Program-made: the position numbers and the translations under genes
DNA from: Alphaproteobacteria bacterium
Lineage (GTDB): Bacteria; Pseudomonadota; Alphaproteobacteria; RF32; CAG-239
Reading direction: 5' to 3'
Assembly (NCBI GenBank): GCA_015062235.1
Contig: SUUZ01000001.1
Coordinates: forward strand, 191,255 to 255,254
Length of the DNA stretch: 64,000 nucleotides
Notes under the pieces: model-generated
What the model saw: only the letters and a program-made list of their open reading frames with translations
Told to the model about the DNA's origin: nothing
Databases searched by the model: none
Part shown: positions 50,103-60,595 of the stretch, piece by piece
Layout of the letters: every line of letters begins with the position of its first letter
Position numbering within the stretch: position 1 is the first letter of the stretch

Positions 50103-52701
50103 TAGACCCGATAAAGCACTACAAAAAGCCTTATTAAAATTAGCTATTGCTCTAATTTTATTAACAATAAGTTTAATATGGTTTTTTCTTTATCCAGAAC
50201 ATCATCTTTATAGTACCATATTAACTTCCGTCATAACAGTTTATTGTTTATTTACAACTATAAAAACCCTATCTGCAGGAGAAGCTGCCATTAGTTATGG
50301 AGGTTTTGCTAATGAAATTATACGTAATGATTTTAAAATTAGACGTATTGAAAATCCATCAAAAGAAACAATTATAGAAAATTCTCCTGCAAAAGATCTA
50401 CTAAAAGAAAACGATGTACTTTCTTTCCTTACAAAATATGTCGCAGAGGGAGCTTCTAATAAAGCAGCTCTATATCGTCTAGAAACTGCAAGAAGAAACT
50501 TAAGTTCTGAAAAAGTAACTATTTCTCTCATATTTAAACAAAATAGCTCTCGAATTTTCAACGATCTTGAATATTTCGAGATATCAGTTCGTCCTATTTA
50601 TCTAAAAAAGCCCAAAATTTTTGAAGGAGCTTTTTCCGTCAAGCGTATAAAACGCGAAACTTACTTTTACTGGACATTAAATAATATAACAGCTAAACAG
50701 AATATGGATTACATATTAAAAGAAGAGTATTCCCATTTACATAACTTTTTAGATTATTTACCTGTAGGTCTTTATACTATTGATAAGAACTATACGGTTC
50801 ATTATGTAAATCATAATTTAGCAAATATGTTACAGTTAAAACCGCATCAACTTATTGGAACATCTCTCAAAGATATTTTGACAAATGATTCCACCATTCC
50901 GCTTAAACAAGATTCATGGAATGGTCCTCTCCATTTTATAAAACACGACGGAACAACAGCTGAAACTTTTACTTTTCAAAACTCATACCGAAATAAAGAA
51001 AAAATTATGATGCGTGGAGTTGTTATTGATAAACTTCCAACCCCAGATGAACTAAAAGAACAAATGAATATATCTCTAGATAATATCAATTGGTTATTCA
51101 ACAATTCACCTATAGGTATCATATTTACTGATATTGATGGCAACATAACAGAACACAACCCTAAAGCAACTAACTTATTTGCTTTAGATGAAGGTAATAA
51201 TATTTTTAATCTACTTACAAATGATAGTTCCAATCTATTAAAACAGACATTTGCAAGAATAAAACATGATAAAACATCATCTCCAATTGAAGTTAAAACC
51301 CCAAACCTCAACCTAAATTTATACATTAGCGCCCTACATCACTTACACCAAAAAAATAGCAAAAATAAATCTGTATTTATTATCTATGCGATAGATGTAA
51401 CTAAGCAAAAAAATTTAGAAATACAATTTGCTCAAGCACAAAAGATGCAAGCCGTTGGACAACTTGCAGGCGGAATAGCTCATGACTTTAACAATCTACT
51501 AACAGCTATGATAGGATTTACCGATTTACTACTTCAAAAACATGGTGTAGGCGACCCTTCATTCGCTGATTTAATTCAAATTAAACAAAATGCTAATCGT
51601 GCAACTTCGCTTGTTCGCCAACTTCTAGCTTTTTCACGCAAACAACCATTAATGCCAAAGCTTATTGATATTACAGACAATTTTGCAGACCTTAGCCAAA
51701 TGCTAAAAAGAATTTTAGGCGAAAAAATTAAACTAACCTTTAATCATGGCAATGATCTTGGTTTTATAAAAGTAGATCCCACACAATTTTCTCAGGTTAT
51801 AATCAATTTAGCTGTAAATGCCAAAGACGCCATGAATGGTAATGGAACCCTCACAATATCAACTTCTAACTATCGCCTAAACGAAAAATATATTTTTGGT
51901 GATGATACTATATATCCTGGTGATTTTGTTGTAATAGATGTCGAAGATACAGGGTGTGGTATACCTCCAGAAAATATTGGACGTATCTTTGACCCATTTT
52001 TTTCTACTAAAGAAAATATTGTTGGTTCAGGAACAGGACTAGGTTTGGCAATGGTTTACGGTATTGTTCGCCAAACGGAAGGTTTTATCAAAGTATCATC
52101 AACAATTAATAAAGGAACAACTTTTTCCATATATCTACCACGCTTTGAAAATGGTCCAGAAGAAGAAAATAATTCCATATCTTCTCCAGAAATTACTGGA
52201 CGTTCAGGTCAGACCATCCTCAAAGTTAAAGAGACTATATCTACCCCAGCTAACATCAATCAAAAAATTATTATGGGATTAAATATTCGTAACACTATAG
52301 ATCGTAGCCATACTGCTGTATCAAAAGGAAATAGACCTGCAAGAATATTATTCGTTGAAGATGAAGATTCAGTTCGTGCATTTGGAATAAGAGCATTAAA
52401 GAAAAAAGGATACGATGTGGTTGATAGTAATTCTGCCGAAAATGCCTTAGAAATACTAGAAAAAGATTCAAACTTTGATCTTCTATTGACCGATATGGTT
52501 CTTCCTGGACTAAGTGGTGCTCAATTAACTAACAAAGTCAAAGAAAAACTACCAAATATTTCTGTAATCTTAGCATCAGGTTATTCTGAAGATATCGCTC
52601 GTAAAGAAGTTGACAATATTAATGAATTTGAATTTATTACTAAACCTTACAGTCTTGGGGACTTGACAGCTAAAGTTTTTGATGTTTTAAATAGAAAATA
52701 A
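50077..52701 (+). CDS. cckA: Hybrid histidine kinase CckA-like (2 TM, PAS, HisKA, HATPase, REC)
   Basis: QAQKMQAVGQLAGGIAHDFNN, GTGLGL, REC domain; directly after flhB. Confidence 0.88.
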   Translation: MLCNLKNNNRPDKALQKALLKLAIALILLTISLIWFFLYPEHHLYSTILTSVITVYCLFTTIKTLSAGEAAISYGGFANEIIRNDFKIRRIENPSKETIIENSPAKDLLKENDVLSFLTKYVAEGASNKAALYRLETARRNLSSEKVTISLIFKQNSSRIFNDLEYFEISVRPIYLKKPKIFEGAFSVKRIKRETYFYWTLNNITAKQNMDYILKEEYSHLHNFLDYLPVGLYTIDKNYTVHYVNHNLANMLQLKPHQLIGTSLKDILTNDSTIPLKQDSWNGPLHFIKHDGTTAETFTFQNSYRNKEKIMMRGVVIDKLPTPDELKEQMNISLDNINWLFNNSPIGIIFTDIDGNITEHNPKATNLFALDEGNNIFNLLTNDSSNLLKQTFARIKHDKTSSPIEVKTPNLNLNLYISALHHLHQKNSKNKSVFIIYAIDVTKQKNLEIQFAQAQKMQAVGQLAGGIAHDFNNLLTAMIGFTDLLLQKHGVGDPSFADLIQIKQNANRATSLVRQLLAFSRKQPLMPKLIDITDNFADLSQMLKRILGEKIKLTFNHGNDLGFIKVDPTQFSQVIINLAVNAKDAMNGNGTLTISTSNYRLNEKYIFGDDTIYPGDFVVIDVEDTGCGIPPENIGRIFDPFFSTKENIVGSGTGLGLAMVYGIVRQTEGFIKVSSTINKGTTFSIYLPRFENGPEEENNSISSPEITGRSGQTILKVKETISTPANINQKIIMGLNIRNTIDRSHTAVSKGNRPARILFVEDEDSVRAFGIRALKKKGYDVVDSNSAENALEILEKDSNFDLLLTDMVLPGLSGAQLTNKVKEKLPNISVILASGYSEDIARKEVDNINEFEFITKPYSLGDLTAKVFDVLNRK

Positions 52702-52702
52702 A

Positions 52703-53431
52703 ATGACAAACAATAATAACATAACGCAGTTAGCACTTGATTTTCCTCACCGTCCAAGCTTAGGACGTGAAGATTTCATGGTAGCAAAATGTAATTTTGA
52801 AGCTGTATCAACCATTGATTTATGGCCTAGTTGGCCCTATTTCTCAATTTGTATATATGGTCCTTCAGGATGTGGAAAGACACACCTTGCTAATGTTTTT
52901 GCTCAAATGGTTGCTTCAAGCACTCCACATCCATACAGAATACCTTTTATAAAAGCAGAGCAGCTCGAAAAAAACATGGCTCACACATTGTTTGAAACAA
53001 GCTCACAAATAGTTATAGAAAATTTACATAATTTAAAAAATCAAGAAGCTTTGTTTCACATTTATAACACATATCGAGATCTTGGTGGTAATATCTTATT
53101 TACATCAGATATTGCCCCAGCTCGTATAAATTTTACGCTAGCTGATCTTCGTTCTCGCTTAAATATTGTTCCTGCTCTTGAAATAAAAGAACCTGACGAC
53201 GAACTACTAATGGCTCTTTTAGTAAAACTATTTCTTGATCGTCAAATTACGCCAACTCAAGAGCTATTAAATTTCCTTATAAAAAATATTCATCGCTCTT
53301 TTTCGTACGTTCGTAAACTTGTGGAGGAAATTGATAACATATCATTAGCCAAAAAAAGAGCTATAACCATAAATATAGCAAAAGAAGCTATCGCCACCTT
53401 AGATTCGGACTTACAATTTAATCTTTTTTAG
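52703..53431 (+). CDS. hdaA: DnaA regulatory inactivator HdaA
   Basis: QLALDF clamp motif, REDF, GPSGCGKTHL, DLRSRL. Confidence 0.85.
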   Translation: MTNNNNITQLALDFPHRPSLGREDFMVAKCNFEAVSTIDLWPSWPYFSICIYGPSGCGKTHLANVFAQMVASSTPHPYRIPFIKAEQLEKNMAHTLFETSSQIVIENLHNLKNQEALFHIYNTYRDLGGNILFTSDIAPARINFTLADLRSRLNIVPALEIKEPDDELLMALLVKLFLDRQITPTQELLNFLIKNIHRSFSYVRKLVEEIDNISLAKKRAITINIAKEAIATLDSDLQFNLF

Positions 53432-53532
53432 CAACTATCTTATATTTAAACTATTTTTAATCAAAAAAATCTAAATACAAAAAACGGGGAAGTAAAAGAA
53501 CCTCCCCATTCACCGTGAATTTAAACTATTTA

Positions 53533-55191
53533 TTATCTGCGCCTCAAAAATGATGGAATTTCTAAATTAACCTTATCATCAATACTATCCTCAAAATTTG
53601 GGGCAACAGGCTCTTGAACCCTTGGAGTTTGTTTTTGCTGATTCTTTTTAGCAATAGATCGCCCTGTCATAATTTCAATAAAACTACGACGACGAGGTTC
53701 ATTATCACTAACAATCAACTGTTCAACCTCTTCTACTGGCTTATTAACTACTGGTGTTGGATTATGATTTGGAAACAATTCTGGCTCCTCTTCTGGCATT
53801 TTCAATGCCGATTTAGGAACAAAAAAACTATCCTGATTACTTAGAACATTATTAATTTGACTATTTGTTACCTCTTCTTTTTCCTCCACAGGCTTATTGA
53901 TAATAGCTTTAAACAAAGAAGATGAATTAGGCATATCAGATAATACTTCTGATTTAGCTATATTATCAAAATCATCAAAAACAACTTCTTTAACTGAACT
54001 ATCAAACTCTGGTTGAGGCATAACAGATATTGCTGCTGTTTCGACAACTTCTTCAATATCCTCTTCTTTATTTTCTACCTGTTCAGCCATTTGCTGTAAA
54101 ACATCTTCCATTTTAGAATCTAACTCTTCTTCATGTACCTCAACAGATTCTACTACAGGCTCTGATTGCATAACAACAGAATCTACCTTTTTTACCTGTT
54201 CAACAATTCTTGGTCTTGCGGTATCATCTATACCTGTTGCAACAATAGAAACCCTTATTTTTCCATCTAAAGAAGCATCAAAACTTGAACCAAAGATAAT
54301 ATTAGCATCTTCATCAACCTCTTCTTTAATTCTGTTAACGGCATCATCAACTTCCATCAATGTAATATCTTGGCTAGCCGTAATGTTAATTAAAACACCT
54401 TTTGCTCCTTTCATAGAACAATCATCCAACAAAGGATTAGACAATGCTTGTTCAGCAGCTCTGACAGCTCTATCCTCACCCTCTGCTTCACCAGTACCCA
54501 TAATAGCCTTACCCTTATCTTCCATAATTGCTTTCACATCAGCAAAGTCAAGATTGATAAGTCCTGGCATAATCATCAGATCGGTAATTGAACGCACACC
54601 ATCATACAAAACATTATCAGCCATAATAAAAGCATCAGATAACTTTGTATTTTTATCTGCGATTCTAAACAAGTTTTGATTAGGAATAACAATAATACTA
54701 TCAACTTCTTTAGTAAAATTAGCTAATGCATTTTCTGCTGTTTCAGAGCGTTTTTTTCCCTCAAACTGAAATGGTTTAGTAACTACACCAACTGTTAATA
54801 TACCTTTATCCTTAGCTATCTTAGCAACAACAGGAGCCGCTCCAGAACCTGTTCCTCCACCCATACCTGCAGTAATAAACACCATATTAGCGCCTTCTAA
54901 TTCGCGCTCTATATCTTCCAAAGCTTCTTCAGCTGCTAATTTTCCAATTTCAGGACGAGCTCCAGCCCCCAAACCCTTAGTTGTTTCTAAACCAAGCTGA
55001 ATTCTTCTTTGTGTTTTGGAGTTCTCTAAAGCTTGAGCATCTGTATTAGCTACAATAAAATCAACACCCTCTAATTTTTTAACAATCATATTATTGACAG
55101 CATTACCACCGCCACCACCAACACCAATAACTGAAATTCTTGGTTTTAATTGAACCATATTTTTCTCAGGAACAGCCAACTTGATACTCAT
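53533..55191 (-). CDS. ftsZ: Cell division protein FtsZ (long acidic linker)
   Basis: [23 protein letters not shown]-terminal [10 protein letters not shown]. Confidence 0.99.
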   Translation of the reverse strand: MSIKLAVPEKNMVQLKPRISVIGVGGGGGNAVNNMIVKKLEGVDFIVANTDAQALENSKTQRRIQLGLETTKGLGAGARPEIGKLAAEEALEDIERELEGANMVFITAGMGGGTGSGAAPVVAKIAKDKGILTVGVVTKPFQFEGKKRSETAENALANFTKEVDSIIVIPNQNLFRIADKNTKLSDAFIMADNVLYDGVRSITDLMIMPGLINLDFADVKAIMEDKGKAIMGTGEAEGEDRAVRAAEQALSNPLLDDCSMKGAKGVLINITASQDITLMEVDDAVNRIKEEVDEDANIIFGSSFDASLDGKIRVSIVATGIDDTARPRIVEQVKKVDSVVMQSEPVVESVEVHEEELDSKMEDVLQQMAEQVENKEEDIEEVVETAAISVMPQPEFDSSVKEVVFDDFDNIAKSEVLSDMPNSSSLFKAIINKPVEEKEEVTNSQINNVLSNQDSFFVPKSALKMPEEEPELFPNHNPTPVVNKPVEEVEQLIVSDNEPRRRSFIEIMTGRSIAKKNQQKQTPRVQEPVAPNFEDSIDDKVNLEIPSFLRRR

Positions 55192-55297
55192 AGTATTTCT
55201 TACTCCTCAAACTTCTTCAAATTAAATATTTAATTCGGATTGTAAACTAAATACATTAAGTTTTGGTTACTATAAAAAACAAAATAAAATAAAAAAA

Positions 55298-56557
55298 CTA
55301 ATCCCACATGGTTTTCAGCCACATACCAATATTATCTACAATTCTATTGCCTGAATTTATTGGTTTACTGATTATTTTTTTAGGCCTACGTTCACTATAA
55401 TTAGCACCAAACAATAACATTCCAACGCATGTAGCAAATGAAGGAGTATATAAATTATCTGGTAAATTTAAAATATTTTTTGGCCGTCCTAATCTTACTT
55501 GCTTATCCAAAACCATCGCTGCAACATCAACAACACCAGAAAGCTGAGAAGCTCCTCCAGTTAATACAACTCTATGTGAAGAATCATTAATTAACCCTGC
55601 TTCATACAATTTACGATTTACCATTTCAAATGTTTCTTCGATTCGAGGTGCTATAATATTAACCAACTCTGAACGAGGAATCTGTTTAATACAACTATCA
55701 TCCTCTTCCCCTACAGGATAAACATTTATCGTATCAATACTATCTTGCTGTGTTAAAAAAGCACAACCATGCAAGGTCTTTAATCTCTCTGCATGAGAAA
55801 AAGATGTTGTTAAACCATATGCAATATCATTTGTAACATTATTCCCACCTACAGGAATCGATGCAAAATAAATCGGATGCCCATTTCTAAATGAAGTAAT
55901 AGATGTTGTACCTCCACCCATATCAATAACTGTAGCACCCATCTCTTTTTCATCATCTACCAAACAAGCAATACCTGAAGCATACGAATCAAAAACTCTT
56001 CCAGAAACTCCAAGATGAGCATTCTCAATTACTGTATTTACATTTTTACAAATGTGCTCTGGAATTAAACCCAACAAAATATTTATTGATAACTCATCTG
56101 CAAATAAATTATGAGGATCTTTCAGTAACTCTCCACCATCTAAACGATAACCATTATGAATACAGTGTATCAAGCTATACTCACCAACATTTACTTTCGC
56201 AGTTCCTTTTTGATACACTTTCTCTAAATCTGTATCATTGATAGGTCGATTCTTATTAAGTGGAATAGAAGCAGTTTTTAACATGCTTCGCACCTTTTCT
56301 CCACCAATACTTACAATAACCCTATCAATTCGTTCATTAGCCATCTGTTCAGCATCTTGTACCGCATTACCAACAGCTATTGTTGCCTGACCAATATCTG
56401 TTACAACACCATTTTTAATACCACGTGAAGCATTATAACCATAGCCAACTATATTAATTTTTTTATCTTTAGAAAGCTTAGCAATAACACAACAAACCTT
56501 AGATGAACCAATATCTAAAGCTGCAATTGTCGATGCCTTTCCAAAAGTATGTTGCAA
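55298..56557 (-). CDS. ftsA: Cell division protein FtsA (TTG start)
   Basis: LDIGSSK, IDMGGGTT, AERLK, VLTGGAS. Confidence 0.97.
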   Translation of the reverse strand: MQHTFGKASTIAALDIGSSKVCCVIAKLSKDKKINIVGYGYNASRGIKNGVVTDIGQATIAVGNAVQDAEQMANERIDRVIVSIGGEKVRSMLKTASIPLNKNRPINDTDLEKVYQKGTAKVNVGEYSLIHCIHNGYRLDGGELLKDPHNLFADELSINILLGLIPEHICKNVNTVIENAHLGVSGRVFDSYASGIACLVDDEKEMGATVIDMGGGTTSITSFRNGHPIYFASIPVGGNNVTNDIAYGLTTSFSHAERLKTLHGCAFLTQQDSIDTINVYPVGEEDDSCIKQIPRSELVNIIAPRIEETFEMVNRKLYEAGLINDSSHRVVLTGGASQLSGVVDVAAMVLDKQVRLGRPKNILNLPDNLYTPSFATCVGMLLFGANYSERRPKKIISKPINSGNRIVDNIGMWLKTMWD

Positions 56558-56568
56558 AATAAAAACTC

Positions 56569-57417
56569 CTATATCTCTCGCTCTTGCTTAGTTTTAACTG
56601 ATTTATTTTTTCGCAACTTAACTGTTACTCTACCCTTTAATCTTAAATCTATGATAGTTAATTTACGTTTAAGAATTCCTTTCGTTGCATCTAATTTTAA
56701 TAATTTTCGCCAAGCCTCTTCTATATTTTCCTCTGGCAATTTAATTGTTATACCAGATCTTATATCATCTAAAATTATATTCCATCTTCTTTTTGATATA
56801 AAATTAGCTACCTTTATCCTAGACAAGTAACTATCATCAATATCCCTAACCATTTTTAAAAAAGACAGTATATTTTCTGCAGCTCCAGCCCCTACAACCA
56901 ACAAAATTGGTTTATCTGGTTTATAATTAGCTTCAATAACATATCCATCCATATCTAAAGGATAAAATTTTTCATTAAGTTGCCAAATTGCCAAAACATT
57001 TTTTTCTTTAAGTTCAATCTTTAATATATTAGGAAAAAAACTCCTTACAACATTAACATCTCTTACCCATGGCAACGTTTCTAGACGTCGTTTAATCAAC
57101 TGAACATCCACTTTTAATAGGTTATCTCCAGATTTAAGAGATAATAACTCGTTTATTTCATTCAAATCGGTACGTTCTCTTCCTATTAAAATAATATCAT
57201 CAAGAGCAAAACCTTCTTTACCTATATAATCCAAAACCCAATTTCGAGTTTCTACAATTTTTTTGTTAACCAAATCATTTTTTAAAACAACAATTAATCC
57301 ACCAAATAAAAAAGTAAAAAATAACACAAACAGCGTAGCCCTCATTCGTTTAGGCCACTCTATTGTAGGAAAAACCACTCCGTCTTCTATCCCTTTTTTA
57401 GTTTGATTTTCAGTCAT
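56569..57417 (-). CDS. ftsQ: Cell division protein FtsQ
   Basis: Single TM, POTRA LPWVRDV, RRWN, IDLR. Confidence 0.92.
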   Translation of the reverse strand: MTENQTKKGIEDGVVFPTIEWPKRMRATLFVLFFTFLFGGLIVVLKNDLVNKKIVETRNWVLDYIGKEGFALDDIILIGRERTDLNEINELLSLKSGDNLLKVDVQLIKRRLETLPWVRDVNVVRSFFPNILKIELKEKNVLAIWQLNEKFYPLDMDGYVIEANYKPDKPILLVVGAGAAENILSFLKMVRDIDDSYLSRIKVANFISKRRWNIILDDIRSGITIKLPEENIEEAWRKLLKLDATKGILKRKLTIIDLRLKGRVTVKLRKNKSVKTKQEREI

Positions 57418-57419
57418 TA

Positions 57420-58343
57420 CTACTTTGCAACACCAACTTTTTTAATTTCCCATTCCAAAACTATAGATGTTTCTTTCTTTACTGTATCAACTATCTTATC
57501 ACCTAAATCTTCAATATCCTTAGCCGTAGCAGTTCCTGTATTTACCAAAAAATTACAATGCACAGATGAGACCTCTGCTCCATTAACTTTAAAATTATTA
57601 CTTCCTGTCTTTTTTATCAATTCCCAAGCTTTCAATCCTTCAGGGTTCTTAAATGTTGATCCTGCTGTTTTAACATTATGTGGCTGGCTTTTTTTTCTAT
57701 AAGCCTTATGTTCATCAATAATTTGCGATGTTTTTTCCGCCTTCTGTCTTTCTATCTTTAATATTAAAGATGTAATAATCCATTCATCTGGAAAAAAGCT
57801 ACTCCTATATCCTAAATTAAAATCATCTGCAACCACTTCTAACATTTTTCCTTCTCTATCAATCACCGTGGCCCCAATCAAAACATCCTTCAATTCTTTA
57901 CCAAAACACCCTGCATTTGTTCTAACAGCACCACCAAGACACCCAGGTATTGAGACTAAAAATTCTAAACCACCTATTTCATTCGCTAACATAATTTTTT
58001 TAAGATCTGCATTTTTTAAACCTGCACCACAAATAAGTTTGTTATCTTTAACTTCCCATCGCTTATAAAATTTATTATCAAGTTTAATAACCACACCAGG
58101 AATTCCTCCGTCCCTAACCAAAAGATTAGATCCACCTCCAATTACAAATATTGGTAAATTATATGGAATATTTTTCATAAAATTTGCTAAATCATCATCA
58201 TTATCAGGAAAATACATAACTTCTGCTGGTCCACCAACACCTAACCACGTATATTTATTCAACAGCTCATTTGAAAGATATTTTCCTTTTACTTGAGGAA
58301 GCAATTTAATCAATTGATTTTTTCTTTTAGTAAACCAGTTCAT
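57420..58343 (-). CDS. murB: UDP-N-acetylenolpyruvoylglucosamine reductase
   Basis: GGGSNLLV, IPGCLGG..NAG, GSTFKNP, HCNF. Confidence 0.97.
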   Translation of the reverse strand: MNWFTKRKNQLIKLLPQVKGKYLSNELLNKYTWLGVGGPAEVMYFPDNDDDLANFMKNIPYNLPIFVIGGGSNLLVRDGGIPGVVIKLDNKFYKRWEVKDNKLICGAGLKNADLKKIMLANEIGGLEFLVSIPGCLGGAVRTNAGCFGKELKDVLIGATVIDREGKMLEVVADDFNLGYRSSFFPDEWIITSLILKIERQKAEKTSQIIDEHKAYRKKSQPHNVKTAGSTFKNPEGLKAWELIKKTGSNNFKVNGAEVSSVHCNFLVNTGTATAKDIEDLGDKIVDTVKKETSIVLEWEIKKVGVAK

Positions 58344-58355
58344 ACCTTTTTCCTC

Positions 58356-59456
58356 CTAATTTAATCCTTCAACAACATCTGCCAAGCGTTCAGCTGCATC
58401 AACAATCGCCAATTCTTTTACAGATTTCGACATATCCTTCATTATTTGAGGATTTTCCATAAAATCTTTTAAAATTTTAACCATTTTATCAATAGTAAAA
58501 TCTTTTTGCTCAATAACCAAAGCTGCGTTATTTTTAGCAAAATCCAACGCATTATAATATTGATGATTATCTGCTGCTATAGGCAAAGGAACCAAAACTG
58601 ATGGCAATCCAGCTGCTGCAATTTCATAAACAGATGAAGCTCCTGCTCGAGAAACAATAATATCAGCCTTTTTATATAGCTCAGGCATATTTTCAAAAAA
58701 TGAATTAATAGTAACATCTGAAATTACATTTTTATACAGAAATTCTATCTCTTTTTCTTCACCTTTACGACATTGCTGATAAATCACAAGCTTCTTTTTT
58801 TCTTCATCAGATAACATCTTAATCGCTTCTGGAACAACATCTGCAAATATTTTTGCTCCTTGAGATCCCCCTAAAATGACTAACACCATTTTATCATCAG
58901 CTGTCTTTGCACTGTATTCATTATTATGAAGACTTGCAATACTCTTTCTAATAGGCATTCCACTCAAAACTGTTTTAACTCCATCTGGAGTATTTTTAAC
59001 TGTTCTAAAACTTTGAGCTACTACAACAGCAAATTTTGCTAAAATTCTATTGGTACGACTCATTACTGAATTTTGCTCATGAATTACTAAAGGAATTCTT
59101 AAAATAACAGCCGCTATTGCTGTAGGAAAAGATGCATAACCTCCAAAACCCACAACACAATCTGGTCGTTTCCTAAATAAATAATACATAGCCTGCACAA
59201 TACCCAAAGCAACTTTAGTTAAACTAACAAATTTCGTTAGAATAGATTTACCAACAACACTACCCGATAATATTGCTTTATTCTCAATCTCTCCAAGTTT
59301 TCCTTTATAATTATTCAAACCTCTTGTATCTGTATACAAAATTACTTCACAATCTCTTTTTGCAAGTTCTGTTGCTAAAGCATCCGCTGGATATACATGC
59401 CCCCCTGTACCTCCTGCCGTTACTACAACTAATTTTCTATTTTTAACCTTCATCAT
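58356..59456 (-). CDS. murG: Lipid I N-acetylglucosaminyltransferase
   Basis: GGTGGH, HEQN, GGSQGA, SRAGASS, HQYYNA. Confidence 0.97.
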   Translation of the reverse strand: MMKVKNRKLVVVTAGGTGGHVYPADALATELAKRDCEVILYTDTRGLNNYKGKLGEIENKAILSGSVVGKSILTKFVSLTKVALGIVQAMYYLFRKRPDCVVGFGGYASFPTAIAAVILRIPLVIHEQNSVMSRTNRILAKFAVVVAQSFRTVKNTPDGVKTVLSGMPIRKSIASLHNNEYSAKTADDKMVLVILGGSQGAKIFADVVPEAIKMLSDEEKKKLVIYQQCRKGEEKEIEFLYKNVISDVTINSFFENMPELYKKADIIVSRAGASSVYEIAAAGLPSVLVPLPIAADNHQYYNALDFAKNNAALVIEQKDFTIDKMVKILKDFMENPQIMKDMSKSVKELAIVDAAERLADVVEGLN

Positions 59457-60585
59457 CCTTATTCTCCGCATGAATATTTCTTCTAGTTAATGCTAACAAC
59501 ATTCCAATTCCCATAGAAGATCCTAATAATGATGATCCACCATATGATATCAAAGGCAAAGCCATACCTTTTGTTGGGCCTAATTGTAAAGTTGATGCCA
59601 TATTAACAAATGCTTGCAAACCAAAACTAACCGCCAATCCACATACAGACAAAACTATAAACATATTATCATCTTTACCTGACAACCACATAGACCTTAT
59701 AACTGTAGTTCCATAAGCCAGCACAATAAGCATACAAAACAACATCCCATATTCCTCTGCTGCAACAGGAAAAATAAAATCTGTATGAGCATCTGGAATA
59801 TGCCATTTTACAACCCCTTCACCGACACCTACACCAAGCCACCCACCATTTTTAAATGCTTCTAAAGATCTTTTTACTTGATATGCAGGTTCCCCTCCTA
59901 AAATACCGCTTAATAGCTGCTCAACTCTAACTTGAACATGAGGCAAAACCAAATAAGATACACCAAAACCAACCACCAACACCATGCCCACAATCACAAC
60001 ATTTTTAATCCGTACTCCAGCTAAAAACAACTGAATAAACCAAACTGCAGCAACAACTACTGTCATGCCATAATCAGGCTGTGCTAATAACAAAAGACAA
60101 GTGATTCCACATAAAACAACACTAACAATAACACCTGGAAAATTCTTATAACGACGTTGCATCTCAAACAACCAAGCAGTACAAACAATAAATGTAGGCT
60201 TTAAAAATTCAGATGGTTGGATTTGAAATCCCACAGACAACCATCTTCTTGCCCCTTTAATTTCAGTTCCAAAGAAAAAAGTTGTTATAACCAAAATTAT
60301 AGCACCAACATACCCTAAAATAGCAAAACGTCTTATCCATTTTAATCCAAGCATTGAAAAAAACATCATAACACCTGTTGCAATACACAAATAAGCACCA
60401 TGTCTATAAACAAAATGATAGGTATTACGACCAATTCTCTCTGCTACAGCAGGTGATGCAGACAAACTCAATATAACGCCACAAGCCATCAAAAAAACGA
60501 CTGCTGCCAACAACAATTTATCTACCGTCCACCACCAATTAGCAACAACATTTTTACTTGAACGAGAAAAAGACAACAGCACCAA
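59443..60585 (-). CDS. ftsW: SEDS peptidoglycan polymerase FtsW
   Basis: GARRWL, QPSEFLK, QPDYG, HTDFIF, LPLISYGGSS. Confidence 0.95.
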   Translation of the reverse strand: MVLLSFSRSSKNVVANWWWTVDKLLLAAVVFLMACGVILSLSASPAVAERIGRNTYHFVYRHGAYLCIATGVMMFFSMLGLKWIRRFAILGYVGAIILVITTFFFGTEIKGARRWLSVGFQIQPSEFLKPTFIVCTAWLFEMQRRYKNFPGVIVSVVLCGITCLLLLAQPDYGMTVVVAAVWFIQLFLAGVRIKNVVIVGMVLVVGFGVSYLVLPHVQVRVEQLLSGILGGEPAYQVKRSLEAFKNGGWLGVGVGEGVVKWHIPDAHTDFIFPVAAEEYGMLFCMLIVLAYGTTVIRSMWLSGKDDNMFIVLSVCGLAVSFGLQAFVNMASTLQLGPTKGMALPLISYGGSSLLGSSMGIGMLLALTRRNIHAENKDDEG

Positions 60586-60595
60586 TACTACTCCC

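Noticed and set aside
55192-55297. CtrA boxes (TTAA-N7-TTAA) upstream of ftsZ, mraY or dac/mipZ
   Set aside because: Only partial matches, expected by chance in AT-rich intergenic DNA
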